This document shows, piece after piece, positions 47,052-57,382 of a stretch of DNA of 64,000 nt (position 1 is the first letter of the stretch; each line of letters opens with the position of its first letter). Position numbers and translations under genes: made by a program. Origin of the DNA: Patescibacteria group bacterium (GTDB taxonomy: Bacteria; Patescibacteriota; Minisyncoccia; Phycocordibacterales; SBAW01); contig JAIEMM010000012.1 of the NCBI GenBank assembly GCA_019752125.1, forward strand, positions 3,437 through 67,436. Reading direction: 5' to 3'. Below the pieces are notes generated by a model. It was not told the origin of the DNA and ran no database searches. It saw only the letters and a program-made list of their open reading frames with translations.

Positions 47052-49019
47052 ATGGCTGAACAAAAAAATCTCAAACATAGCGGGCAGAAAAAGGGCAATG
47101 GCAAGGTCCATTTACCAAAGATTCCAAAAAATTCTTTTTGGGTAAATGTTGCTACGACCGTTTTGATACTTCTTATACTTACAAGCGCGTATTCATACTT
47201 CACTGCAAGTAAAGAGAGTGCGCCAGAGGTTATTCCTGTATCGCAGCTTGCGCAAGATATACAGTCGGGCAAAGTTTCGCAGATAACGGTAAGCGGTGAC
47301 GAGCTCACCATCAACTACGCACCTGTTGGAGAAGCTGCCTCTGTAAAAAAGATTTCTAAAAAAGAACCTGACGCTGCACTTACTGAGACGCTCAACAACT
47401 ACGGAGTTTCAAAAGATTCTCTCGACAAAGTAACAATTAGTATTGAGCGCCAGAGCGGCTGGCAGTACTGGCTCGGTATTCTTGCGCCCTTTGTTGCGCC
47501 ACTGCTTTTGATTGCATTCTTTGTATGGTATCTCTCTCGCCAAGTAAAAGGGGCGGGCATGCAGGCATTTTCTTTCGGCCAGTCAAAACACCGAGTCATA
47601 GACCCAAACGACAAATCTCAGAAAGTTACATTTAAAGATGTTGCGGGTGCGAAAGAAGCGAAAATAGAATTGCTGGAAATTGTGGACTTCTTGAAGAATC
47701 CTAAAAAATTCTTAGACATTGGTGCGCGTATTCCAAAAGGCATCTTGCTTATGGGCCCTGCTGGTACCGGTAAAACATTGCTCGCCCGTGCGGTGGCAGG
47801 GGAGGCAGGTGTGCCGTTCTACTCCATCTCTGGTTCTGAATTCGTTGAAATGTTTGTAGGTGTCGGCGCATCACGCGTACGCGATTTGTTCCATATGGCA
47901 AAGCACGCAGCACCTGCAATTATCTTTGTTGATGAAATTGATGCGGTCGGCCGTGTCCGTGGTACAGGTGTGGGTGGCGGTAACGATGAGCGCGAACAAA
48001 CTCTCAACCAGATTCTTGTTGAAATGGACGGCTTTGAGCCGAATGAAAAAGTTATAGTCATGGCGGCAACGAACCGCCCAGACGTACTCGACCCAGCGCT
48101 TGTGCGCCCGGGCCGCTTTGACCGCCGCGTTGCAATTGATTTGCCTGACCGCCAAGACAGAAAAGATATTTTGACAACTCACGCGCGCAAAAAACCGCTT
48201 GCAGAGGACGTAAACTTGGAAGTTATTGCAGAGAGAACCCCTGGTTTTTCTGGCGCAGACTTGGCAAACCTTATGAACGAAGCGGCAATTCTTGCTGCAC
48301 GTGAAGGTCGTAAGACGGTCGCGCAATTTGACCTCGTTCGCTCAATAGAAAAAGTGATGCTCGGACCGGAGCGCAAGTCGCATGTAATGAATGCGAAAGA
48401 AAAAGAGATCACTGCGTACCACGAAGCAGGCCACGCTATTGTTGCCTCGCTCTTGCCGCACGCAGACCCAGTACACAAAATCTCTATCATTTCTCGCGGC
48501 CGCGCAGCAGGGTATACGCTCAAGCTTCCATTTGAAGACAAGCGCATGCAGAGCAAGAAAGAATTCCTCGACGACATCGCAATGTCACTTGGTGGCTATG
48601 TTGCTGAAAAGACTGTGTTTGATGATGTAACCACAGGCCCTTCAAACGACCTCCAGGTTTCAAGTGCCTTGGCACGCGACATGGTGACGCGCTACGGCAT
48701 GTCAGAGAAAGTTGGAACTGTTGCGCTTGAAGGCGCTGATGGCCGCGCACTCTTTGGTGCGGGCGTAAACGGAAAAGAATATTCTGAAAAGGTATCTGCG
48801 GAGATAGATGGGGAAGTGAAGCGCATTATGGACGAGGCATACAAAAAAGCCCAGCACATAATCGACACACATCGCCCGCTCCTTAACGCTATCGCACATC
48901 GCTTGGTAGAAGTTGAGACTCTCGAACGCGAAGAGTTTGAAACTATCCTCGTCGCTCACGGCGTCACTCCAAAAAAGAAACAAGAAATAGAAGTAAAGCC
49001 AGTTACGGTTAACTTCTAA
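47052..49019 (+). CDS. ftsH: ATP-dependent zinc metalloprotease FtsH
   Basis: Two TMs, [27 protein letters not shown]. Confidence 0.98.
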   Translation: MAEQKNLKHSGQKKGNGKVHLPKIPKNSFWVNVATTVLILLILTSAYSYFTASKESAPEVIPVSQLAQDIQSGKVSQITVSGDELTINYAPVGEAASVKKISKKEPDAALTETLNNYGVSKDSLDKVTISIERQSGWQYWLGILAPFVAPLLLIAFFVWYLSRQVKGAGMQAFSFGQSKHRVIDPNDKSQKVTFKDVAGAKEAKIELLEIVDFLKNPKKFLDIGARIPKGILLMGPAGTGKTLLARAVAGEAGVPFYSISGSEFVEMFVGVGASRVRDLFHMAKHAAPAIIFVDEIDAVGRVRGTGVGGGNDEREQTLNQILVEMDGFEPNEKVIVMAATNRPDVLDPALVRPGRFDRRVAIDLPDRQDRKDILTTHARKKPLAEDVNLEVIAERTPGFSGADLANLMNEAAILAAREGRKTVAQFDLVRSIEKVMLGPERKSHVMNAKEKEITAYHEAGHAIVASLLPHADPVHKISIISRGRAAGYTLKLPFEDKRMQSKKEFLDDIAMSLGGYVAEKTVFDDVTTGPSNDLQVSSALARDMVTRYGMSEKVGTVALEGADGRALFGAGVNGKEYSEKVSAEIDGEVKRIMDEAYKKAQHIIDTHRPLLNAIAHRLVEVETLEREEFETILVAHGVTPKKKQEIEVKPVTVNF

Positions 49020-49020
49020 A

Positions 49021-49056
49021 AAGAAAACACCATCCTTAAGGATGGTGTTTTCTTTT
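49021..49056. terminator. bidirectional terminator between ftsH and tRNA
   Basis: AAGAAAACACCATCC-TTAA-GGATGGTGTTTTCTT. Confidence 0.85.
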
Positions 49057-49061
49057 CTCTG

Positions 49062-49133
49062 TGGGCGCGGAAGGGATCGAACCTTCGACCATTCGTGTAT
49101 AAGACGAACGCTCTACCACTGAGCTACGCGCCC
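49062..49133 (-). tRNA. tRNA-Ile(UAU)
   Basis: GGGCGCG acceptor, TAGCTCAGTGGTAGAGC D-arm, TTCGT-CTTATAC-ACGAA anticodon arm, GAAGG-TTCGATC-CCTTC; discriminator A. Confidence 0.9.
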
Positions 49134-49207
49134 CAATGCAAAGATAGTAACCCATTGTGCTTTAGTTGTCTTGGGTCTAGACTTTTAGAAGAAGAAAGGA
49201 GGCCGCC

Positions 49208-49549
49208 GTGCGGCACATTATCAGGCCAAAAGGTACTGTCGAAGCCTTCCTTGAAGGTCCGGTTTCTGGGCACTTGGTGGAGATGGGTGTGCTCGTTTTT
49301 TGCGGGTTCATTGCTGAGTGTGCGGCTATGCTCGAGGATTTCTCTAAAGGAGATGCGTTTATTCTCACCCTCCTCGCGCTGCTTCTACTCGCATTGTGGC
49401 TGGTGCCAGCCTTCGCTCGCCTCAGTCATCGTATCGAACACCCTTCGTGGTACAAGCGTGACAAGATCGTCACTCACGTCACGTACGAAGACGGCAAAGA
49501 GATCAAGCGGAAAGCACGCGGCTCGTTCGCCGATATGTACGAGGAGTAA
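49208..49549 (+). CDS. hypothetical two-TM protein (cassette)
   Basis: SD AAGGAGG, GTG start; terminator AGGCCC..GGGCCT-TTTCTTTTT. Confidence 0.65.
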   Translation: MRHIIRPKGTVEAFLEGPVSGHLVEMGVLVFCGFIAECAAMLEDFSKGDAFILTLLALLLLALWLVPAFARLSHRIEHPSWYKRDKIVTHVTYEDGKEIKRKARGSFADMYEE

Positions 49550-49595
49550 GAATCCTTTCTGTCCTCACGATAGGCCCCTCAAGGGCCTTTTCTTT

Positions 49596-51857
49596 TTATT
49601 CAAAATGCACGGCGTTCGCGCGAGCAAAGAGTGCGTGCTGGAGTAGAGGATACTTTTTCAAGTTCTCTTCGCCAGCTGGCGAATTTATTAATTTAAGCGC
49701 TTCTGTGCGTGCAGCTTCTACAAGTTTTAGATTTTTCAACGCTTCCATTCCAATGTCGGAGATGCCCCATTGTTTGCGGCCGGAGAGTTCGCCAGGACCG
49801 CGCTGGAGCAGATCTTGTTCTGCAAGTTCAAATCCATTTTTTGCAGTCACTAAGGCTTTAAGTCGTGCGAGTGTAGTTTCGCCCGTCCGCCGGCCGGCGG
49901 ATTCAGGGCAGACGAAACAATATGCTTGATGGTTTGAACGCACCACGCGGCCGCGAAGCTGGTGGAGTTGGGCCAGCCCAAAGCGTTCTGCGCCTTCAAT
50001 AAATATCATCGTTGCGTTGGGGACGTTCACGCCCACTTCAACCACTGAGGTTGCAACTAAAATATCTATCTCGTGGTCAGAAAACTTTTTCATCACTTCG
50101 TCTTTTTCCTTCGGCGTCATTTTGCTGTGCAAAATTCCAATCTCGTATTCTGTAAAGACTTTTTCTTTAAGGCGTTTCGCTTCTGCTTTTACCGACTTTG
50201 CCTGAAGTGCAAACGCTTTGTCTGGGTCCGGTTCATCGATGCGCGGACAAATAACATATGCCTGACGACCTTCTTTCAACTGCTCGTGAATTTTTGCATA
50301 CGCCTCGCCGCGTTTTTCTGGCTTAACAATTTCTGTAATGATTCGCTTGCGGCCAGCAGGCATTTCATCAAGGAGGGTCAGATCGAGGTCTCCATATATA
50401 GTCAGTGCAAGGGTGCGAGGAATAGGTGTGGCGGTCATTGAAAGCAGGTGGGGAAGAACTACATCTTTCGTCGCTAGCTTCTGTCGCTGTGCCGTGCCGA
50501 AGCGATGCTGTTCGTCTATGACAACGAGCGCTAAGTGTTTAAATTTTACGGATTTTTGAATAAGGGCATGCGTGCCTATGAGCACAGGAATTTCACCGTT
50601 CGCCACCCATTTTAAAAGTTGGGTGCGGGAGATCGTTGTTGATTTACCGCGTCCAATTTTTGAAGGGAATTTATAACATCCGCTTCCTGTAATAAGCCCG
50701 ATGTTTATAGGAAATGTTTCAAAGTATTTTATAAACGATTCAAAATGCTGTTTCGCCAAAATTTCGGTTGGCGCCATATATGCAACCTGTAGTGTTCCAA
50801 AATTTTGCTTTGCGGGGCGGGTACGCACTGCAGCATATGCGGCGGTAGCTGCAACGGCGGTTTTACCTGAACCCACATCGCCTTCAAGCAGGCGCGACAT
50901 AGGATGGCCGCTTCGCATGTCTTCCAAAATAGCCTCTATAGCTTTTTGTTGCGCGTTCGTTGCTTGGAAGGGGAATGTCCCAATAAAGTCATTAATTGCT
51001 TGTGTGGGCGCATCAACAGCAAAGCTTTTTTCTTTGAGTTGCTTGCGGCGTTCTATACCGCGCTCGAGCTGGATCATAAACACCTCTTCAAATGCAAAGC
51101 GCTTTTTTGCCGCTCCAAAATCTTTTAGCTTCTCCGGCGCATGGATCCACACAAGAGCTGTCTTTAATGTGGGCAGGTTGTAGCGTTTTAAAATCTCTGG
51201 CGGAATAGGATCTTCGGCTGCTTCTACTGCGCCTTCGGCAATTAATTTCTTGATCGCATGCCTAAACCAAAGAGATGTAATACCTTTCGTTTCTGGGTAG
51301 ATTGCAAAGAAAGCCTGCGCAGAATCAAGCTTCCCGGAACGCGGAGAATTCTCTGCTAAGAATTCTCCTACGTACGGCGCCGTCGCGCCTCCCTGCATTC
51401 CGGATAAACTTGTTTCCTGCGCAGGCTTGGAAAAAATTCCAACTTCCTCTAAAGAAATTTTTTCTAACTGAGGGTTTGCAAGGTAGAGTTTTCCAGCCGA
51501 GCCAGTCACTTTGCCTGTTGCTTTTACATGCGTCCCTTCCGCATACATCTTTGCAATGTAGGGCTGGTTAAACCACATCAGCTTAACCCGTCCGCTTTGA
51601 TCGCGAAGATATCCTTCTGACATGGGGATTTTACTTCTCCATGATTTTTTCGTTACCAATTTTTCAAGCGTTCCAACAAGTGTAACTTCTTGTCCTATCG
51701 CAAGTTGGCCTACATTAGATTCTCCCCCTGCTTGGTCAAAGCGGGCAGGGAAATGGTACAGAAGGTCGCGAACTGTCTTAATAGCAAGCTTTTTAAGCGC
51801 TAGTCTTTGGAGTTCAGTTAGGCGGAAATGTTCGGAGAGTTGGTCGTTTGGAGTCAC
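49596..51857 (-). CDS. recG: ATP-dependent DNA helicase RecG
   Basis: RLLEGDVGSGKT, DEQHRFG, MTATPIPRTL, AERFGLAQLHQLRGRV. Confidence 0.98.
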   Translation of the reverse strand: MTPNDQLSEHFRLTELQRLALKKLAIKTVRDLLYHFPARFDQAGGESNVGQLAIGQEVTLVGTLEKLVTKKSWRSKIPMSEGYLRDQSGRVKLMWFNQPYIAKMYAEGTHVKATGKVTGSAGKLYLANPQLEKISLEEVGIFSKPAQETSLSGMQGGATAPYVGEFLAENSPRSGKLDSAQAFFAIYPETKGITSLWFRHAIKKLIAEGAVEAAEDPIPPEILKRYNLPTLKTALVWIHAPEKLKDFGAAKKRFAFEEVFMIQLERGIERRKQLKEKSFAVDAPTQAINDFIGTFPFQATNAQQKAIEAILEDMRSGHPMSRLLEGDVGSGKTAVAATAAYAAVRTRPAKQNFGTLQVAYMAPTEILAKQHFESFIKYFETFPINIGLITGSGCYKFPSKIGRGKSTTISRTQLLKWVANGEIPVLIGTHALIQKSVKFKHLALVVIDEQHRFGTAQRQKLATKDVVLPHLLSMTATPIPRTLALTIYGDLDLTLLDEMPAGRKRIITEIVKPEKRGEAYAKIHEQLKEGRQAYVICPRIDEPDPDKAFALQAKSVKAEAKRLKEKVFTEYEIGILHSKMTPKEKDEVMKKFSDHEIDILVATSVVEVGVNVPNATMIFIEGAERFGLAQLHQLRGRVVRSNHQAYCFVCPESAGRRTGETTLARLKALVTAKNGFELAEQDLLQRGPGELSGRKQWGISDIGMEALKNLKLVEAARTEALKLINSPAGEENLKKYPLLQHALFARANAVHFE
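51311..51428. repeat. ~118-bp palindromic element inside recG
   Basis: Terminal 12-bp IR AAGCCTGCGCAG/CTGCGCAGGCTT, extended imperfect pairing, internal GGAGAATTCT/AGAATTCTCC. Confidence 0.85.
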
Positions 51858-51875
51858 TGATATATTATAGGCGCA

Positions 51876-51897
51876 ACCCCTCGACTTCGCTCGGGGT
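51876..51897. repeat. short REP-like hairpin
   Basis: ACCCCTCGACTTCGCTCGGGGT. Confidence 0.6.
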
Positions 51898-51916
51898 AAA
51901 TTTTTAGGAAAAATTT

Positions 51917-53059
51917 ATGAAAAAAACCGACACTGCTAAGAAGGCTATTGCGTTACACAAGAAATGGGGTGGAAAAATTCGTATCTCACCAACAACTCCT
52001 ATCAAAAATCGCGAAGATATGTCACTGGCCTACACGCCCGGTGTTGCGGCAGTATCTATGCTTGTCGCAAAAAACAAAAAACTTGCGCGTGAATACACAA
52101 TAAAAGGAAAGATGATCGCTGTTATTTCAGACGGCTCGGCAGTGCTAGGCCTTGGCAACATTGGTGCGCTCGGTGCACTTCCTGTTATGGAAGGGAAGGC
52201 GGCGCTTTTTAAGACCTTTGCAAACGTAGATGCGTTTCCAATTGTTCTAGACACTCAGAACGTAGATGAAATTGTAAAAACAATAATTAACATCGCGCCT
52301 GCGTTTGGCGGCATAAACTTAGAAGATTTTGCTGCGCCTAATTGTTTTGAAATAGAAGACCGCGTAAAAGCAGCGCTCGATATTCCTGTTATGCACGACG
52401 ACCAGCACGGCACTGCTATTGCCGTACTTGCTGCGCTTATCAATGCGGCCAAGGTTGTTAAAAAAGATTTTAAAACATTAAAAGTAGTTGTTGCTGGTGC
52501 GGGTGCTGCAGGTACAGCAGTAACAAAGCTTCTGCTTAAAGCAGGAGTACGCGACGTGATTGTACTCGACCGTAAAGGAACTCTCTCCAAGAAGCGAACA
52601 GACCTTTCAGGCCACAAGAAAGAATTGGCTGCTAAAACTAATCCACGCGGTGTTGACGGGACTTTGCAGGACGCACTTACGGGGGCAGATGTAGTACTTG
52701 GTGTGTCTGGTCCTGGCCTTATGAGCGCATCCGATGTGCGTTTGATGGCAAAAAACCCAATCGTGTTTGCGATGGCAAACCCAACTCCAGAGATAATGCC
52801 GGAAGAGGCAAAGAAGGGTGGGGCGGCAGTTATTGGAACTGGCCGCAGCGACTATCCAAACCAAATAAACAACTCACTGGTATTCCCAGGAGTGTTCCGT
52901 GGCGCACTCGATAACAAAGTTACGAAAATTACTGATGATATGAAACTCAAGGCTGCAAAAAATCTCGCAGCGCTCGTCAAAAAACCAACGGCGGACAAAA
53001 TTGTCCCAGGGCCGTTCGACAAAGGGGTAGTGGAAGCGGTTGCAAAGGCAATAAAATAA
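51917..53059 (+). CDS. NAD(P)-dependent malic enzyme
   Basis: SLAYTPGV, SDGSAVLGLG, PVMEGK, INLEDF, HDDQHGTA, GAGAAG. Confidence 0.95.
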   Translation: MKKTDTAKKAIALHKKWGGKIRISPTTPIKNREDMSLAYTPGVAAVSMLVAKNKKLAREYTIKGKMIAVISDGSAVLGLGNIGALGALPVMEGKAALFKTFANVDAFPIVLDTQNVDEIVKTIINIAPAFGGINLEDFAAPNCFEIEDRVKAALDIPVMHDDQHGTAIAVLAALINAAKVVKKDFKTLKVVVAGAGAAGTAVTKLLLKAGVRDVIVLDRKGTLSKKRTDLSGHKKELAAKTNPRGVDGTLQDALTGADVVLGVSGPGLMSASDVRLMAKNPIVFAMANPTPEIMPEEAKKGGAAVIGTGRSDYPNQINNSLVFPGVFRGALDNKVTKITDDMKLKAAKNLAALVKKPTADKIVPGPFDKGVVEAVAKAIK

Positions 53060-53106
53060 TCTACAGTATACGAGGCTATAGATCTCGAGCCAGAAAGAGA
53101 GGGAAG

Positions 53107-53499
53107 GTGGGCAATTCTACCCTGACTGACGTAACTGAGAAGAGGCACGACAATGTGCTCCCGAACTCCTATTATCGGGCAGAGTACGCGCAACTCATGG
53201 CAGAGGCATTTGATGCGGCTGCGAATGCCCTGCACGATATGGCTGACAAGATGCGGATGAATCCGAACGGGATGTTGGCGAAGGCGTTCCACCCGACCGT
53301 CATCGGAATGGATCCGGCTCTGGCGGCTGTGTTCGAAATTGGCTATGTGCCTGGCGACCCTCAGAGGGTCGTAGTAAAGGGGGTGACCCGTGTGGTCCAG
53401 GCCGAGCTTGGTTTCCGAGCTGTGTGGACGGCAAGCACCGAGGACGGCGTTACCCTCGGCACCATAGTGCCTCTCCCCGACAACTCCTTTGGAGGGTAA
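53107..53499 (+). CDS. hypothetical protein (cassette)
   Basis: SD GAGGG, GTG start; hairpin GTCCGTGC/GCACGGAC + TTTTCTTTTT. Confidence 0.65.
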   Translation: MGNSTLTDVTEKRHDNVLPNSYYRAEYAQLMAEAFDAAANALHDMADKMRMNPNGMLAKAFHPTVIGMDPALAAVFEIGYVPGDPQRVVVKGVTRVVQAELGFRAVWTASTEDGVTLGTIVPLPDNSFGG

Positions 53500-53572
53500 C
53501 TTCAAGAGTCCGTGCAATGCACGGACCTTTTCTTTTTCACAAAAAGAAATCCCCGGAGATGTGCTCCGGGGG

Positions 53573-53908
53573 TTAGCGCGCTTGCAGCCGTCGATCAATC
53601 TCGTACTTCCAGGCCGCGTCGAGCATCGTAGCGTGCGTTCTATTTGAACAGATAAAACCAAGCATGGCGTCCATTTCACCCTTCAACGCAAGGCGTTCTA
53701 CGCCTGCGTCGTGGCTACCATAGAGCTGGCCCAGAATGCATTTGCTGGTGGTCGACGTGTCGAGCTTCTTGGTATCGATACGTTTATACCACTCGGAATC
53801 CTTCGAATCGAGTACCGCTGCGCCGCCGACGGCGAGCGTGTTTGCAACGTACCGCTCGCGGCCTTCGTGGCCTATACCAAGTTCGCGCAGTTCCATTTCT
53901 GTCAGCAT
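53573..53908 (-). CDS. hypothetical phage-like protein (cassette)
   Basis: SD GGAGAGG; GAAVLD....W...ID...LD......CILGQLYG motif; terminator related to the 18825 repeat. Confidence 0.7.
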   Translation of the reverse strand: MLTEMELRELGIGHEGRERYVANTLAVGGAAVLDSKDSEWYKRIDTKKLDTSTTSKCILGQLYGSHDAGVERLALKGEMDAMLGFICSNRTHATMLDAAWKYEIDRRLQAR

Positions 53909-53996
53909 TACCAAATCCTCTCCAATGAATCCAAAAAGACTATACACAACTCTTATATATTTGTCTTCTTTAAATAAAAAAGAACCCCGGAGGGTT

Positions 53997-54386
53997 CTAG
54001 AATCTGTTCGCGTCTTTGTAGTTCTGTGCAAAATGTGCAACATCGAACGTGCCGGACACCGTGCTGTAGTAGAGCACGAGATATCTTGCGATCACTTCAC
54101 GAATGGGACCTACGCTGTGGAGTTCTCCCTGCGCGGCGATGTAGACAAACACGGCGCGACAGAGCCGGTATTGATTCACCATTTCGTGCAGACTGGTGCG
54201 CTTGAACAGCACAACCACCTGATTGTAAGGAATCATGCGATCATACAGGTCAGCCGCAATCTCCTCGCGCTGCTGGGCGCGTAAGGCGGCCCACTGAGTC
54301 GCTCTATTCTCCACGACTCCCCACTGCTCTACATAGGCGCAGAGTTTCCCCCAGTTCTCCTGGACTCCCACCAGATCTCTTTCCAT
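53997..54386 (-). CDS. hypothetical protein (cassette)
   Basis: SD GAGGG; ends in the AGAACCC..GGGTTCT-TTTTT hairpin. Confidence 0.65.
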   Translation of the reverse strand: MERDLVGVQENWGKLCAYVEQWGVVENRATQWAALRAQQREEIAADLYDRMIPYNQVVVLFKRTSLHEMVNQYRLCRAVFVYIAAQGELHSVGPIREVIARYLVLYYSTVSGTFDVAHFAQNYKDANRF

Positions 54387-54503
54387 GTGATGTACCCTCT
54401 ATGGTTGCCGAGAGTGAGGGTACCACCATGTTGTATTAAATTCCAGTTAGTTTCGTTTTAGGCGTAAAAATGATAAGGTTGTGTGTGTTCGCGCTCAATA
54501 CAA

Positions 54504-54593
<90 letters not shown>

Positions 54594-54662
54594 GGACAAT
54601 TTTTTATCGGCATGACCCGCAGTGTTGCGAGCAAGCTGTGACCCGAGTGCCTAAAAAATTGT

Positions 54663-54698
54663 AACAAAAAAGAACGATTTCGATCGTTCTTTTTTGTT
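54663..54698. terminator. bidirectional terminator
   Basis: AACAAAAAAGAACGAT-TTCG-ATCGTTCTTTTTTGTT. Confidence 0.85.
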
Positions 54699-54702
54699 TA
54701 CT

Positions 54703-56034
54703 CTACTCCTCAAGCATCGTTATCTTTTTGTCTTTGTAGTTCAGTCTGCTTCGTAGGTTGGCGAGTAATTCTCTTTTGTCTGATGTGCTTCCTTCTTTGA
54801 GTAGGTACTTTGCGTATTGCCTGATATTCACATCGTCCTCCTCCACCAGTGAGTTGCCTGATTTTCCATTCACTATCTTTTGCAGTTTGTTGAATCGCCG
54901 TATTTCATCTTCGAGCTTTTGCCTCATGCCCAGCTCGTTAATATTTACGATGTCTATTATTTTCAATAGCTCATCTATCAGCTCTTCCTCACGAATGTAC
55001 TTGTTCTTGCAGTTTCTGTCTCGTGCACGACTGCATCCGTAGTAGATGTAGTGTGCCGATGTGCCGTCTTTGAGTGGTTTCCACTTCTCTTCTGCCGATA
55101 TACCACTCTGGCAGTATCCGCAGGTAAATAATTTCGTGAAGGCGAACTCTTTATTCTCACGCACTATCTGGTCGCGTTTCAGTTGTGCTTGAGCTTTCTC
55201 AAACAACTCTTGAGTGATGAGCGGTGTATGTTTGCCTTGATACCAGTTTCCACTTTCTCGCGGATATTCAAATGGTCCGTAGTAGAAGGGATTATCGAGT
55301 ATGCGGTACACACCACTTAGCGTCAGTGGTTTGTTTCCGCGTGTATGAAAGTTCAGTTCAAACTTTAGCCAGTTGTATATCTTTCTCCCCGAATAGCGTT
55401 CGTACGAGACTTTCTCGAACATTTTCTTTACTATCGGTGCGCGTAGGGTATCGACTGCAATCTGGCACTTCTTGTCCATTAACTTTTGGTTCAAGTATCC
55501 GAGTGGTGCCACCCCAGGCCATAGTCCCATCTCCACCCTCGTTCGTAGTCCGCGCTTTACGTTGATACCTCGGTTGTCATTCTCTAGCTTTGCCTGTGAC
55601 CCCAGAATCATCAACAGGAATTTCTCACTCGGGCTATTGGTGAACCGTTGTCCGAAGGTACGTATCTCCACCAATAACTTTGCGTCCATCAAGTCCACTA
55701 TCTTTCCGAGGTCGCCAGCATTTCTGCTGATACGATCTGGTGCCCACGTCAGTATTCCCGTGAACTTGCCTTGTCGTATTTCCTCGATAATCTCGTTGAA
55801 GACAGGACGTTGCCCCGTCTCTTTTGCCGAGTGTGATTCTCTCTTGATTTCGACAATCTCAAGACCCTCGCGTTCTGCGAGTTGAATCATCTCTTTTATC
55901 TGACTATCTATAGAGAGGATTTGTCGCTCCTCACTTTCGGTCGACTTTCTCGCATAGAGGCAGTACTTAATGATAGGAGCTGGCTCAGCCTGCCTCACGC
56001 CGAGGTTAGTCCTTGATGTTGTTGTTTTTTCCAT
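54703..56034 (-). CDS. large serine recombinase
   Basis: YARKSTES, DRISRN, APLGY, NPFYYG...GKH.PLI, CGYC...YYGC...C. Confidence 0.94.
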   Translation of the reverse strand: MEKTTTSRTNLGVRQAEPAPIIKYCLYARKSTESEERQILSIDSQIKEMIQLAEREGLEIVEIKRESHSAKETGQRPVFNEIIEEIRQGKFTGILTWAPDRISRNAGDLGKIVDLMDAKLLVEIRTFGQRFTNSPSEKFLLMILGSQAKLENDNRGINVKRGLRTRVEMGLWPGVAPLGYLNQKLMDKKCQIAVDTLRAPIVKKMFEKVSYERYSGRKIYNWLKFELNFHTRGNKPLTLSGVYRILDNPFYYGPFEYPRESGNWYQGKHTPLITQELFEKAQAQLKRDQIVRENKEFAFTKLFTCGYCQSGISAEEKWKPLKDGTSAHYIYYGCSRARDRNCKNKYIREEELIDELLKIIDIVNINELGMRQKLEDEIRRFNKLQKIVNGKSGNSLVEEDDVNIRQYAKYLLKEGSTSDKRELLANLRSRLNYKDKKITMLEE

Positions 56035-56170
56035 ACAACACAAGGAATGACGCAAAGCCTTCTAGGAGTCCAGAGCGTCCCAAATGCCCAAGTGTTGGTA
56101 ACTAGAACGCCGTATTTCTGCTAAGATTTTGGACTTTTCCTCGTGTAAAAATTCGGCTATACTGTTGGTA

Positions 56171-56584
56171 ATGACTTTCCAGAGCACTGCCAAAATACTT
56201 CTCCTTTTTGGACTTGCCACGTTCCTATTTTTGGGAGTCTTTGGTATGCCGCACTCGATGATCATGGGTCCGGATGGAAACATGACAATGTCGAACTGTC
56301 CGTTTATGTCGGGGCAAGCTGCTGTATGCAACATGAATCCCCTCGAACACATCGCTGCGTGGCAGAGCATGTTCACGAGCACATTCCAGCAAAATGGCTC
56401 GACCTTGATTTTGTTGCTGTTGGCCGCACTCGCCCTTGCGCTTGTTTGGACTAGATTACGATGGCCTACTTCTCAAAGAGCGCTTCGGCCGCTATTCCGT
56501 ATCGCGCGTAGAGAAACATATCTACCGCCGCCACTTCTACAGGAGCTTTTTTCAAACGGCATCTTAAATCCGAAGGTTTTCTAA
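56171..56584 (+). CDS. Met/Cys/His-rich membrane protein
   Basis: MSNCPFM....CNMNPLEH; C-terminal LQELFSNGILNPK. Confidence 0.7.
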   Translation: MTFQSTAKILLLFGLATFLFLGVFGMPHSMIMGPDGNMTMSNCPFMSGQAAVCNMNPLEHIAAWQSMFTSTFQQNGSTLILLLLAALALALVWTRLRWPTSQRALRPLFRIARRETYLPPPLLQELFSNGILNPKVF

Positions 56585-56653
56585 CAACGTCTTTCTGCGA
56601 CTGCACAGCTTGGTTGTGCAGTCTTTATTATTTGCAGTAATTAACGTCATTAC

Positions 56654-57379
56654 ATGGAAACCGAATCGAAAAAGTTTAGTCTCTCAACACCTGTAGCGAT
56701 AGTCATTGCCGGTGCCTTCGTTGCCGTCGCACTGTTCTTTGGTATGCGAGGGACTCCCTCGACTGGCTCATTGCCTCAACAGCCACAGGCAGCCGCACAA
56801 CAAACCGGAGACCTTGAGCAAATGAGGGCGATTACAAGTGCGGATCACATTCGAGGCGATACAAACGCACCAGTTAAAATCGTCGAGTATTCGGACCCGG
56901 AGTGTCCGTTCTGCAAGCGATTCCACGACACCATGAAGCAAATCATGGATGAATACGGCAAGGACGGGAAAGTAGCATGGGTGTACCGAAACTTTCCGCT
57001 CGATCAACTTCACCCTAAGGCCCGCAATGAGGCTACAGCTATTGAGTGTGCCGGAGAGCTCGGCGGCAATGACAAATTCTGGGCGTACGCAGACCGGCTC
57101 TACGAAGTGACGCCATCAAACAATGGACTCGATCCGATGGAACTTCACAACATCGCGCAATACGTTGGTCTTGATATGACGAAATTCAACACTTGTCTCA
57201 CAAGTAATAAGTTCTCTCAGCATATCGAGGACGATGTGCAAAATGCCACTGCAACGGGTGGCAACGGTACGCCGTGGAGTATTGTGGTCACGAAAAGCGG
57301 CAAGAAATATCCGCTCTCGGGTGCGCAGCCGTATGAGGCAGTGAAGCAGCTCATTGAGCTCGCGTTGAAGGACAAATGA
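56654..57379 (+). CDS. DsbA-family thioredoxin-fold protein
   Basis: EYSDPECPFCKRFH, RNFPL..LH, GTP, GAQPY. Confidence 0.92.
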   Translation: METESKKFSLSTPVAIVIAGAFVAVALFFGMRGTPSTGSLPQQPQAAAQQTGDLEQMRAITSADHIRGDTNAPVKIVEYSDPECPFCKRFHDTMKQIMDEYGKDGKVAWVYRNFPLDQLHPKARNEATAIECAGELGGNDKFWAYADRLYEVTPSNNGLDPMELHNIAQYVGLDMTKFNTCLTSNKFSQHIEDDVQNATATGGNGTPWSIVVTKSGKKYPLSGAQPYEAVKQLIELALKDK

Positions 57380-57382
57380 TCT

